A stretch of 64,000 nucleotides of DNA from Candidatus Dojkabacteria bacterium. GTDB taxonomy: Bacteria > Patescibacteriota > Dojkabacteria > SC72. The translations under genes and the position numbers were made by a program. This document shows positions 29,602-39,063 of this stretch, in pieces (positions within the stretch are counted from its first letter, which is position 1; the number at the start of each line of letters is the position of its first letter). Where the stretch lies: NCBI GenBank assembly GCA_012842045.1, contig DUTP01000005.1, positions 77,430 to 141,429 on the forward strand, read 5' to 3'. The notes beneath the pieces are model-generated. The model had not been told where the DNA came from. It saw only the letters and a program-made list of their open reading frames with translations, and did not search any database.

Positions 29602-32600
29602 AAATAAATTTGGAGACTTTGATGTCTTAAAAATTACTTTAGCATCTCCTGACCAGATATTAAACTGGTCATATGGTGAGGTTACAAAAGCTGAAACTAT
29701 TAACTACAGAACATTTAGGGCAGAGCCAGATGGTCTCTTCTGTGAAAAGATTTTTGGTCCAACAAAGAACTATGAGTGTTACTGTGGGAAATATAAAAAG
29801 ATTAGATACAAGGGAATTGTTTGTGATAAGTGTGGAGTAGAAGTAACAACCTCTGATGTAAGAAGAGAGAGAATGGGTCATATTGATTTAGCAATTCCTG
29901 TTGCACATGTTTGGTATGCATTTGGGATTCCTAATAAAATGTCTATAACCTTGAATATTCCACATAAGAAAATTCTGTCAGTTGTATATTACACAAGATA
30001 CATGGTAATTACTCTGGATGATGAGAAAAGAAAGGAGACTCTTGAGAAGGTTTTGGCTTTAAAGGATACAGAACTAAAAGATTTGAAAGAAGATTTAGAG
30101 AATGAGTTGGTTTTGGTTGCAGATAGTTTTGAAGATGAAATTAAATCTTTGAAGAAATCAAAAGAAAAGGGTGCTGAACTAAAATTAAGCCAGAGTGAAC
30201 ATAGAAGAAAACAGGCATTAGCAAAAGTTAGGAGAGATTTTGCAGAGAGAGAGGAAGAACTGGAAGCTTTCTATTCAAAACTTTATCAGTTGGTTGAGAA
30301 AATGACTGTTGGTACAGTTCTTTCTGAAGATGAATATTCTGATTTGGTGGATAGAGAGCTAGTATTCTTCGAGGCAATGATGGGTGCAGAAGCTATTGAA
30401 AAGTTATTAGAGAATTTAGATCTTGAAGGAGAACTTAAGGCATTGAAAAAACTTTCAACAAAGGAAAAAGGAGAAAAGAGAATGGCAACTATTAGGAGGA
30501 TTCAATATCTTGAAGGTTTCTTGAAGAATGGTATAAAACCTGGATGGATGGTGCTAAGGACACTACCCGTACTTCCTCCAGAGTTAAGACCAATAATTCC
30601 TCTTTCTGGAGGTAAATTTGCGACTTCAGATCTTAATGACCTTTATAGAAGAATTATTAATAGGAATAATAGATTAAACAGATTAATTGAAATTGGTGCT
30701 CCTGATGTTATTCTTAGAAATGAGAAGAGGATGTTACAGGAGGCTGTTGATGCCTTGATAGATAACTCTCATAGGCCTTCTAAACCTATGATGAACAATA
30801 AGAGATTACCATATCAATCATTGACTGATGATTTAAGAGGCAAGAAAGGTATCTTTAGGAAGAATCTTTTAGGCAAGAGAGTCGACTATTCAGGTAGGGC
30901 TGTCATTGATGGTGATCCAAGTCTTAAGTTTGATCAGTGTGGTATTCCAAAGTCAGTAGCATTAGAGATGTTTAAACCTTTTGTGATTTTTAAACTTTTA
31001 GATAAAGAACTAGCTCCTAATGTAAGAGTTGCAAGGGAGATGATTGAAGAGGAAGAAGATGTCATTTGGGACTTATTAGAAGAAGTAATTAAGAATAAAC
31101 CAGTGTTACTAAATAGAGCACCAACACTACATAAATATAGTGTACAGGCTTTCTATCCTAAACTTGTGGAAGGTGAAGCTATTAGAATCCACCCATTGGT
31201 ATGTAAGGCTTTTAATGCAGACTTCGATGGAGACCAGATGGCTGTTCATGTACTTTTGACAGATGAAGCGATTGAGGAAGCTAAGAAAGAAATGATGAGT
31301 TCTTTGAATATTGTTAACATCTCAAATGGTCAGGTATTAGCATCTCCAGCAAAAGATATGTTGATAGGTTTCTACTTAATGACAGATTTAGTAAAGAGTA
31401 AAAAACCTAAGATATTTGCAACTGAGAACTTAGCTAGAAAGGCTTATGAAAGAGATGAGATTTCTATCAGTGAAGAGATAATTGTTGGAATAGGTGGGAA
31501 AGCTGTAAACACTTCAGTGGGAAGAGTTATATTTAACAGTGTTCTTCCAGAAGGTATTGAGTTTGTAAATGAGAAGATAGGTATTAAGGGGATAAGAAAG
31601 ATAGTTGATAAAGTGAAGAACACTCACGAATTATCAGATTTGGTTGAATTGTTAGATGATATGAAATCTCTTGGGTTTAAGTATGCTACTGATTTAGCCT
31701 TTTCTTTCGCAATGGAAGATTGCAATATAGATTTTGATGCTAAAACTGAGATTAAGAAGATGGAGGAGAAAGATGAACAATTGCAGGAGAACTACATGCA
31801 AGGTTTGATGACAAAACGAGAGATGATTAATATCTCAACGAAGATGTGGGATGATTTCTCAGACGAGTTAGCAGAGCAAGCATGGCAGACATTATCTGAA
31901 GATAATTCAGTATATCAGATGGTAGAATCAGGTGGTAATGGAGGTAAGATTCAAGCAAGACAGGTTTTAACAATCAAAGGTGTTGTTAGAGACTCAAGAG
32001 GTAATCTTGTTGCTATGCCAATTAAGAGTAACTATAGAGATGGTTTAAGTGCATTTGAGTATTTTGTAGCTGCAAACGGTGGTAGGAAAGGTATTGCAGA
32101 TAGATCGCTTAAGACATCTTCTTCTGGTTACTTAACAAGAAAACTTGTTGATGTAGCTCATGATGTGATTATAAGACAAGACGATTGTGGTTATGATGGT
32201 CATGGACTTTCAATAGGAAGGAATGATAATAGAAGAATTGAATTTAAGGATAGAATCTTTGGAAGAGTCTTAGCTCAAGATGTTATTTTGAATAAGGAAG
32301 TTATTGGTAAAAAGAACCAGATTATCGATCAGGAACTATCCGAGAAGATTGATGAGTCAGGTATTGAGGAGGTCTTTGTAAGAAGTCCTCTTACATGTAA
32401 ATCACCTCTTGGTATGTGTAAGAAGTGCTATGGTTTGAATCTTGAAAATAACAAAGAAATTGCAATGGGTAGAGCGGTAGGTGTAATTGCTGCTCAGTCT
32501 ATTGGAGAACCAGGAACACAGATGACAATGCAAACATTCCATAGGGGAGGTGTTGCAAAGGTTGATATTACTCAAGGTCTACCTAGGATAGAAGAATTGT

Positions 32601-33469
32601 TTGAAGCTATGACACCAAAGGCAGAAGCAGAATTAGCTTCCATTGATGGAAAGGTACATATCGAACATGCTGAAGATGATTCTGCAACAATATTCATTTC
32701 TGGGGAGAAGAAGATTACAAGGAAATTTGTTGTTTCTAAAGCAAAGAAGGTATTAGTAGAAGATAAACAGGAAGTTAAGTTAGGACAGGTAATGTATATT
32801 GATTCTGATGAGACAGAGAAACAGGCACCTGTGGATGGAATTGTATCTCTTGAAGGAGGAATTCTAACCGTAATAGGAAGTAGCAAGGCAGAAGAAACAA
32901 TCTCTGTTTTACCAGGTATTGGGATATTAGTAGAGGAAGGTACAACAGTTGTGGCAGGAACTCAACTAACAGAAGGATCTTTAGATCCTAAGAAACTTGC
33001 TGAAGTTACAGAGATGTCGAATGTTCAGAAATACATATTAGATGAAGTTCAGAAGGTGTTTAATGACCAGGGTGTATCTATTGATGATATCCATATAGAG
33101 ATAATCCTAAGACAGATGGTAAGGCTGGGTAGAGTTGTAGATGCGGGAGATTCTGGCTACTTGGTTGGTTCCTATGTAAACAGATTTATAGCAGATCTCA
33201 AGAATGAGATGTTGGTCAAGGAAGGGAAAAACAAGGCTTTGATTCTGCCTAGACTGTATGGTATAAAGAAATCGTCTTTGAATACGGAAAGTTTCCTCTC
33301 TGCGATGTCATTCCAGGAGCAGGTAAGAGTTCTAACACACTCCGCAATCTTGGGTAAAACAGATTATCTAAGAGGTATGAAAGAGAATGTTATCATTGGT
33401 AAATTAATACCATCTGGAGAAGAAGCAGAGATAGAAAATGTATATGAGCTCGAAGAGCTTCAAGTTTAA
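29588..33469 (+). CDS. rpoC: DNA-directed RNA polymerase subunit beta'
   Basis: 1293 aa. Zinc-binding CxxC...CxxC at the N-terminus and the NADFDGD catalytic motif. 14-nt overlap with rpoB. Confidence 0.95.
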   Translation: MRTSKNKFGDFDVLKITLASPDQILNWSYGEVTKAETINYRTFRAEPDGLFCEKIFGPTKNYECYCGKYKKIRYKGIVCDKCGVEVTTSDVRRERMGHIDLAIPVAHVWYAFGIPNKMSITLNIPHKKILSVVYYTRYMVITLDDEKRKETLEKVLALKDTELKDLKEDLENELVLVADSFEDEIKSLKKSKEKGAELKLSQSEHRRKQALAKVRRDFAEREEELEAFYSKLYQLVEKMTVGTVLSEDEYSDLVDRELVFFEAMMGAEAIEKLLENLDLEGELKALKKLSTKEKGEKRMATIRRIQYLEGFLKNGIKPGWMVLRTLPVLPPELRPIIPLSGGKFATSDLNDLYRRIINRNNRLNRLIEIGAPDVILRNEKRMLQEAVDALIDNSHRPSKPMMNNKRLPYQSLTDDLRGKKGIFRKNLLGKRVDYSGRAVIDGDPSLKFDQCGIPKSVALEMFKPFVIFKLLDKELAPNVRVAREMIEEEEDVIWDLLEEVIKNKPVLLNRAPTLHKYSVQAFYPKLVEGEAIRIHPLVCKAFNADFDGDQMAVHVLLTDEAIEEAKKEMMSSLNIVNISNGQVLASPAKDMLIGFYLMTDLVKSKKPKIFATENLARKAYERDEISISEEIIVGIGGKAVNTSVGRVIFNSVLPEGIEFVNEKIGIKGIRKIVDKVKNTHELSDLVELLDDMKSLGFKYATDLAFSFAMEDCNIDFDAKTEIKKMEEKDEQLQENYMQGLMTKREMINISTKMWDDFSDELAEQAWQTLSEDNSVYQMVESGGNGGKIQARQVLTIKGVVRDSRGNLVAMPIKSNYRDGLSAFEYFVAANGGRKGIADRSLKTSSSGYLTRKLVDVAHDVIIRQDDCGYDGHGLSIGRNDNRRIEFKDRIFGRVLAQDVILNKEVIGKKNQIIDQELSEKIDESGIEEVFVRSPLTCKSPLGMCKKCYGLNLENNKEIAMGRAVGVIAAQSIGEPGTQMTMQTFHRGGVAKVDITQGLPRIEELFEAMTPKAEAELASIDGKVHIEHAEDDSATIFISGEKKITRKFVVSKAKKVLVEDKQEVKLGQVMYIDSDETEKQAPVDGIVSLEGGILTVIGSSKAEETISVLPGIGILVEEGTTVVAGTQLTEGSLDPKKLAEVTEMSNVQKYILDEVQKVFNDQGVSIDDIHIEIILRQMVRLGRVVDAGDSGYLVGSYVNRFIADLKNEMLVKEGKNKALILPRLYGIKKSSLNTESFLSAMSFQEQVRVLTHSAILGKTDYLRGMKENVIIGKLIPSGEEAEIENVYELEELQV

Positions 33470-33494
33470 TTGATTTTGTTGTATAATACACACC

Positions 33495-33917
33495 ATGCCA
33501 ACAATAAACCAGTTAGTAAGAAAACCTAGAAAATCTGCAAAGAAGAAGACTAAGCATATTCAACTTGCTAGGAACTTCAATCCTTTGAAGAACAGATATA
33601 AAAGTACATCTAATCCTTTTAAGAGAGGTGTATGTCTTCAGGTAAGAACAATGACACCTAAGAAGCCTAACTCAGCACTTCGAAAGGTTGCTAGGGTAAG
33701 GATATCTAACGGAATGGAAGTAACTGCTTACATTCCAGGAGAAGGTCATAATCTTCAAGAGCACTCCGTTGTTTTACTTAAAGCAGGGAAGAAGAGAGAC
33801 TTACCAGGTGTAAAGTATATTGTAGTACGAGGTAAGTATGATGCTGCAGGTGTTAAGGGGAGGAAGAAAGCAAGATCTAAATATGGAGTTAAAAGAGAGG
33901 AGACAGAGTCTGAATAG
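33495..33917 (+). CDS. rpsL: 30S ribosomal protein S12 (140 aa, with a ~15-aa insertion relative to typical S12)
   Basis: [10 protein letters not shown]...[47 protein letters not shown] box at 33482-33487 lies 7 nt upstream of the ATG. Confidence 0.9.
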   Translation: MPTINQLVRKPRKSAKKKTKHIQLARNFNPLKNRYKSTSNPFKRGVCLQVRTMTPKKPNSALRKVARVRISNGMEVTAYIPGEGHNLQEHSVVLLKAGKKRDLPGVKYIVVRGKYDAAGVKGRKKARSKYGVKREETESE

Positions 33918-33938
33918 TTTTAATTATGTATTTTTAAT

Positions 33939-34409
33939 ATGAGAGGAAAAAGAGCTAAAAAAAGAGAGATAAAGTTAGATAGGAAATATTCCAACCCTAT
34001 CATTGCAAGATTTATCAGCAAAGTTATGTTAGATGGAAAGAAGAGTCTTTCAGAGGCTTTGGTGTATGCAGCTATTGAAAGTGGAGCAGAAGCAGTCAAA
34101 GAGAAGGATGTTGTAGCTTTTGTTGATAAAGCTATTGATAATGTAAGACCAGCACTTGAGATTAAAGCAAGAAGGGTAGGTGGTGCTAACTATCAAGTTC
34201 CAGTGCCTGTTTCTCCAAAGAGACAAGAAGTATTGGCTGTTAGATGGATAGTGGATGCTTCTAGAAAGAAGAGTGGTAAATCTTTTGATGAAATATTGAA
34301 AGATTTACTAATAGATTCGTATAAGGGAGAAGGTGATGCTGTTAAGAAGAAAGAAGAAGTTGAGAGAATGGCGGAAGCTAACAAAGCATTTGCACACTTT
34401 AGATGGTAG
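33939..34409 (+). CDS. rpsG: 30S ribosomal protein S7
   Basis: 156 aa with the S7 fold and a conserved C-terminus (...FAHFRW). Confidence 0.9.
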   Translation: MRGKRAKKREIKLDRKYSNPIIARFISKVMLDGKKSLSEALVYAAIESGAEAVKEKDVVAFVDKAIDNVRPALEIKARRVGGANYQVPVPVSPKRQEVLAVRWIVDASRKKSGKSFDEILKDLLIDSYKGEGDAVKKKEEVERMAEANKAFAHFRW

Positions 34410-34435
34410 TATTCATTTTAAATTAGGATTGGGAT

Positions 34436-34464
34436 GGAGAGGTGTAATAGCCTCTCTTTTTTTT
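34436..34464 (+). terminator. Intrinsic terminator after rpsG (GGAGAGG-loop-CCTCTC followed by eight T)
   Basis: Seen directly. Confidence 0.6.
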
Positions 34465-34469
34465 ACAGA

Positions 34470-34498
34470 TTGACAATCGACCGTTATACGACTATAAT
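34470..34498 (+). promoter_or_regulatory. Perfect consensus sigma-70 promoter TTGACA-N17-TATAAT, 6 nt upstream of the Fic gene ATG (leaderless)
   Basis: ttgacaatcgaccgttatacgactataatgcgactATG. Confidence 0.6.
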
Positions 34499-34504
34499 GC
34501 GACT

Positions 34505-35545
34505 ATGTTTAGACCAAAATATACTCTAACTAACTCCCTCTTAATCAACATTCGTAAAGTTGGAGAGTTAATAGGGGAGTTAAATAGTAAACAATTAACA
34601 GAAACCGTATTTTTCAACTTGGAGAAAAAGGCTAGAATACTCTCTTCTTTTACATCTACTAAAATAGAGGGGAATCCATTATCACTCACTGATGTCAAGA
34701 TTATTCTTAAAACAGAACCTAAGAATATTAAAGATACAGAGAAAGAAGTAATTAACTACAATGATGTTGTAGTAATGTTAAACGACGAGATTAAGAATAA
34801 AAAGGATTTAATTCTTTCAGATAAGTTAATTTGTAAGATACAGGGTATTGTTACAAAAGGCTTACTTCCTACTTCATATGGAGGGAAATATAGGAAAGAA
34901 CCAGTGTTTGTAAACAATCCATTAACAGGAGAAACAGTGTATTGGCCTCCTGATGCAAAAGATGTGAAAAAGTTGATGAAAGAGTTGATAGATTTTGTAA
35001 ATAAGTCTGAAGGGAAGATAGATCCTTTGATTTTAGCAGGTATTTTTCACAAACAATCAGTTGTAATTCATCCATTTATGGACGGTAATGGAAGAACTAC
35101 AAGACTGGTTACTAAAACATTACTTGCTAAATTAGGTATAAATACATTTCCTCTCTTTAGTTTTGAAAATTACTACAACAAAGATGTGTCTAAATATTTT
35201 CAAAAAGTAGGAGTAATGGGTAACTATTACGATATAGCTAATGATTTAGACTTTACAGAGTGGTTAGAATATTTTGTTGAAGGGATTTTAGATGAATTAA
35301 ATAGAGTTAAGAAAGATTTACCTAGATACAAGGAGAGATTAGAATCACACGAGAAGAAGATAGTAGAATATCTTAAAGATAATGGCTCAATATCATCTAG
35401 TGAGTATTATGATATTAGTAAGAGGGCTAAATCTACAAGAATTAAAGATTTTAGAACATTAAGAGACAAGGGTATTATTAAACCTGTTGGACAAGGAAAA
35501 GCAACATGCTATGTATTAGATAATGATTATTGGTTTTTGGAGTAA
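34505..35545 (+). CDS. Fic/Doc family protein (class II, N-terminal auto-inhibitory [ST]xxxE[GN] motif), with a C-terminal winged-helix domain
   Basis: Catalytic HPFMDGNGRTTRL; N-terminal STKIEGN inhibitory motif; C-terminal wHTH region. Confidence 0.8.
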   Translation: MFRPKYTLTNSLLINIRKVGELIGELNSKQLTETVFFNLEKKARILSSFTSTKIEGNPLSLTDVKIILKTEPKNIKDTEKEVINYNDVVVMLNDEIKNKKDLILSDKLICKIQGIVTKGLLPTSYGGKYRKEPVFVNNPLTGETVYWPPDAKDVKKLMKELIDFVNKSEGKIDPLILAGIFHKQSVVIHPFMDGNGRTTRLVTKTLLAKLGINTFPLFSFENYYNKDVSKYFQKVGVMGNYYDIANDLDFTEWLEYFVEGILDELNRVKKDLPRYKERLESHEKKIVEYLKDNGSISSSEYYDISKRAKSTRIKDFRTLRDKGIIKPVGQGKATCYVLDNDYWFLE

Positions 35546-36478
35546 TTATTTAGTACTCTCAATCCTCTCCCAACCACTTTTAGGCATATCTTTCTTGAGA
35601 ACTTTTCTTTCCCAGAATATCCTTATCCATGTAATAAGTCTTGCAGGAAAGAGCATTAAAGACCATATGAATTCTTTAAAGTTTTTAGCATATTTCAATA
35701 CAAATCCAGCATATTCTAACTCTATCCAAAAACTTCTAGTTTGTTTGTCCTTTTGAAAAACACCCATCTGTTCAAGTTGAGTAAAACCTCCTACAGATCT
35801 AACTTTCTGTTTAAGGTAATCTTTAAAATTGGCTGGGTATTTAACATAACAGATGGCTTTAGGAGCATATCCAACTTCCAAACCATTGTTTCTAACGGTG
35901 TATGAAATATATGCATCATCGGAGAGTGTATTAGATGGTAATTTAATATTTTTGTTCCTAACTGCCATGATATAGCCACTCATAGGGTAGAATGTCTCAT
36001 CGCTTACATAATAGTCTTTGACTTTTTCTGCAGTATTAATTCTTTTGTCATGTGCTGAGTCAGAGAGTAGGTGTCCCCAATATCCAAACATATTATCTCT
36101 TTTATCTTTTGATACGGGTCTTCCACCAACACCACCAACTTTGCTATCTTCAAATGGTTTGAGTAATTCTTTAACAGCATTCTTTTCAAAATGAGTATCG
36201 CCATCTGTTAGTATTAAGATATCCCCCTTAGCCTTTTTAAAAGCCATTTTTAAAGCATAAGGCTTACCTTTTCTAGGGTCTTTAATTTGGATATATTTCT
36301 TTCCTAGTCTATACTTTTTTGCTTCTCTCAAACCAGCATCTAAGGTTTCTTTATCAGGGGATACTTGTATTATTTCAAACTGTATTGGTATACCTGAGTA
36401 TTTTCGATTCCCTATTGCAGCAATACAGCGTCCAATAGTCTTGGGCTCTTTAAATGAAGTTATTATTACAGAAACCAT
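35546..36478 (-). CDS. Family 2 glycosyltransferase
   Basis: VSVIITSFKE...ILILTDGDTHF (DxD-like) GT-A fold motifs. The stop abuts the Fic gene stop. Confidence 0.7.
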   Translation of the reverse strand: MVSVIITSFKEPKTIGRCIAAIGNRKYSGIPIQFEIIQVSPDKETLDAGLREAKKYRLGKKYIQIKDPRKGKPYALKMAFKKAKGDILILTDGDTHFEKNAVKELLKPFEDSKVGGVGGRPVSKDKRDNMFGYWGHLLSDSAHDKRINTAEKVKDYYVSDETFYPMSGYIMAVRNKNIKLPSNTLSDDAYISYTVRNNGLEVGYAPKAICYVKYPANFKDYLKQKVRSVGGFTQLEQMGVFQKDKQTRSFWIELEYAGFVLKYAKNFKEFIWSLMLFPARLITWIRIFWERKVLKKDMPKSGWERIESTK

Positions 36479-36499
36479 ATTGGCTTGTTATGTAATTAA

Positions 36500-37162
36500 T
36501 TATTCTTCTGCTTTCTCCTCAGTATCTTTCTCTTCTTTTTCTTCTTCTGCACCTTCCTCACCTTCTGCTTCTTCAGTACCTTCTTCTGTTTCTTCGACAA
36601 CGACTTCTTTCTGTAACTCTGTAATTGTTACAACAGTAGCATGTTTGAGTTCTTCATTAACCAAAGTGATAGTATCCGGAATATTTAAATCACTGATAGC
36701 TATTGATTGTCCTGGATGTTCTAACTTTGAGATATCAACCTCTATAAATGGAAGGAGGTCTTTAACTTTACATCTTACCTCAATATCTTGGAGTACTTCG
36801 ACTAAAACACCAAGATTGTTTTTGACTGCTGGTGCAATACCAACAATTTCAAATGGAATAGAGAATACCATATCTTTACTCTCATCTATTTCAAAGAATG
36901 CAATATGTCTTAATTCGTCATTGACAGGATTAATATCAATCTCTTTTACAATAGCTTTAAATGTTTTACCTTCTAATTCTGCATCTAGAATGGTTGTAGA
37001 GGTTGCTTCTCTAGCTATTCTTTTTGCCGTAGTAGAGTCTAACATGATATTTTTGGATTCTGTTTTAGCATTGTATACAACAGCAGGGACGAATCCTTCG
37101 CTTAGCAAAACATTATTCTTTTTCCCATTTATATCTCTTTCGAGTAGTTTGATTGTTTCCAT
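36500..37162 (-). CDS. rplY: 50S ribosomal protein L25 / general stress protein Ctc
   Basis: L25 beta-barrel N-domain plus Ctc C-domain and an acidic tail. The likely start is at METIKLL, not the upstream M at 37201. Confidence 0.75.
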   Translation of the reverse strand: METIKLLERDINGKKNNVLLSEGFVPAVVYNAKTESKNIMLDSTTAKRIAREATSTTILDAELEGKTFKAIVKEIDINPVNDELRHIAFFEIDESKDMVFSIPFEIVGIAPAVKNNLGVLVEVLQDIEVRCKVKDLLPFIEVDISKLEHPGQSIAISDLNIPDTITLVNEELKHATVVTITELQKEVVVEETEEGTEEAEGEEGAEEEKEEKDTEEKAEE

Positions 37163-37303
37163 AATGTGTAGGAGTATAGCAGATAAATAAAGATGTAGCA
37201 ATACTTAGAATAATCTTTTACCTGTATCTACATCTACACTGGTAGCCAATAAAAAGCTATATCTAAGCATGAAGTTGTGAATATGTTAGACCTATATTTT
37301 AAT

Positions 37304-38113
37304 CTAGAGAAGATCTAGTATTTTTTTAGCTTTTTGTTGAGGATCTTGTATTTGCTCTTCTTCTTTCTTCTTTGCTAAAGACTCCTTCTCTTGCTTTTTG
37401 AATCTGTCTGACAGCTCTGACAGTTGTTCTTTAGGCCTATTGCTGAGATCATTACAATTAGCATCGAATATGATGCCAAACTCGCCACGGTCTGTTTTTA
37501 TTATCCCACGATTGTTCTCTGTTGCGTAATTTAATAATTGTGTTAACTCTTGTGATGTCAGATCTTCAACCTTTCCTATGTATGGACAGACACTCTGAAT
37601 ATGGAAATTGCCATTATCTGTGAATAGATAGGCTGGTTCCGTTGGATAATGTGTTATGTCTCCGTCTCGATCTTTATAGTATTCTCTAATAAATGCAGCT
37701 GTTGTACCATCTTCTAATACTATACGTTTAAAAGCATTTGGGTATTTCTCTAAAAGACCTTTTTTAATAGCTCTATTAAACTCTTGTCCTGGTGTCAATC
37801 CTCTCTCTACTTCTCTTTTCAGTGCTTGTTCTCTCTGTATCGCTTTGTCTATACCTTTTCCTTTTGCTACATATGCAATCTCTTCGGCATGTGCAGGATT
37901 TAGAATTTGACCATGCTTATTATAAAAACTTGTCGGTTTTTGTATTTTATCTATTTCTGTTTGAACTTCTGTCTTTGGTTCTCCGTATTCAGGAGTGTCT
38001 AAATCTTCATACTGTGTGACTAGTTTTGGTCCAGCACTTTCATTCTTTGATGGGTAACTAATACCAATATCTAGTCTTTCTCCTCCTGTCTCTAAATCAT
38101 TATCTGATACCAT
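37304..38113 (-). CDS. Hypothetical soluble protein (269 aa); no recognisable family
   Basis: ORF only. C-terminal Lys/Glu-rich tail. Confidence 0.35.
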   Translation of the reverse strand: MVSDNDLETGGERLDIGISYPSKNESAGPKLVTQYEDLDTPEYGEPKTEVQTEIDKIQKPTSFYNKHGQILNPAHAEEIAYVAKGKGIDKAIQREQALKREVERGLTPGQEFNRAIKKGLLEKYPNAFKRIVLEDGTTAAFIREYYKDRDGDITHYPTEPAYLFTDNGNFHIQSVCPYIGKVEDLTSQELTQLLNYATENNRGIIKTDRGEFGIIFDANCNDLSNRPKEQLSELSDRFKKQEKESLAKKKEEEQIQDPQQKAKKILDLL

Positions 38114-38272
38114 AGCAGTAAAAATAAAAACTTAAATTTTTATAAATTATTAAGAAGATTAACCTTCTATATCTGGTCCTTCCATAATTATATGACCATC
38201 AATTTATATACTTAATTATATATAGAATAAAATAGATATTGCAAGTAATAATATTTTATAACATCAAACCAA

Positions 38273-38335
38273 CTAGCACTTGACATACTTCTCTGCTCAC
38301 CGTATACTTTGGCAGATAATCTAATACTCTGCTAA
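38273..38335 (+). promoter_or_regulatory. hrcA promoter TTGACA(38280-85)-N17-TATACT(38303-08) flanked by two degenerate CIRCE-like inverted repeats (CTAGCACTT-N9-CTCTGCTCA; TTGGCAGAT-N9-CTCTGCTAA)
   Basis: Seen directly. The CIRCE consensus is TTAGCACTC-N9-GAGTGCTAA. Confidence 0.45.
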
Positions 38336-38337
38336 AT

Positions 38338-39063
38338 ATGGATATAACGGAAAGACAAAAAGAAATACTTAAAGCCATTATTAAAGAATTTATGGAAGAA
38401 GCAGAGGAGGTAGGTTCTCTATCGCTCGTTCAAAAATATGATTTAGGTGTAAGTCCAGCAACAATTAGAAGTGAGATGGTCAAGCTAATGGATTTAGGAC
38501 TCTTAGAGAAGAGTCACATCTCTTCTGGTAGGTTACCTACAGATCAGGCATTAAGATTTTACATATCTAATGTATTAAGTAAGAGTACTCTTAGTCCTTT
38601 AATTAGTATTGAGATTAGACAGGGGATACACAGAGACAGGTTTGATAAGGATGTTGTAGAGAAAGAAATTCTATCAATATTAGCAAAGGAAACAGAGAGT
38701 CTAGTTTTCTTAGTTACAGATAAAGAGATTAGGTTTTACGGTATTAGTAACTTACTTAAATATCCAGAGTTCAATGATTTAGAGAAGTTGAGGGTAGTAT
38801 TTGACATTTTAGAAGATGAGAACTTTTTAAGAAATCTTGTTTGTCAGTACAACAATTCGGGAACAACTCTACTCATTGGTGAGGAGACTGGTATTGAAAA
38901 CATGGCTGATTGTGCAATTGCTTTTATTAAGGTACCTTTCTGGGGGAGTAATTGTACATATGTTGGTGTTTGGGGAACAAAGAGAATGGATTACTCAGTA
39001 GTAATTCCAGTGCTATCAGAAGTAAGAGATGCTCTTGAGCAAGCTACTTCTGGTTGGAGATAA
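38338..39063 (+). CDS. hrcA: Heat-inducible transcription repressor HrcA (short form)
   Basis: N-terminal wHTH (RQKEILKAIIKEF...SPATIRSEMVKLMDLGLLEK). Confidence 0.75.
   Translation: MDITERQKEILKAIIKEFMEEAEEVGSLSLVQKYDLGVSPATIRSEMVKLMDLGLLEKSHISSGRLPTDQALRFYISNVLSKSTLSPLISIEIRQGIHRDRFDKDVVEKEILSILAKETESLVFLVTDKEIRFYGISNLLKYPEFNDLEKLRVVFDILEDENFLRNLVCQYNNSGTTLLIGEETGIENMADCAIAFIKVPFWGSNCTYVGVWGTKRMDYSVVIPVLSEVRDALEQATSGWR

Noticed and set aside
36441-37190. 249-aa Ser-rich plus-strand ORF
   Set aside because: Low-complexity antisense reading of rplY.
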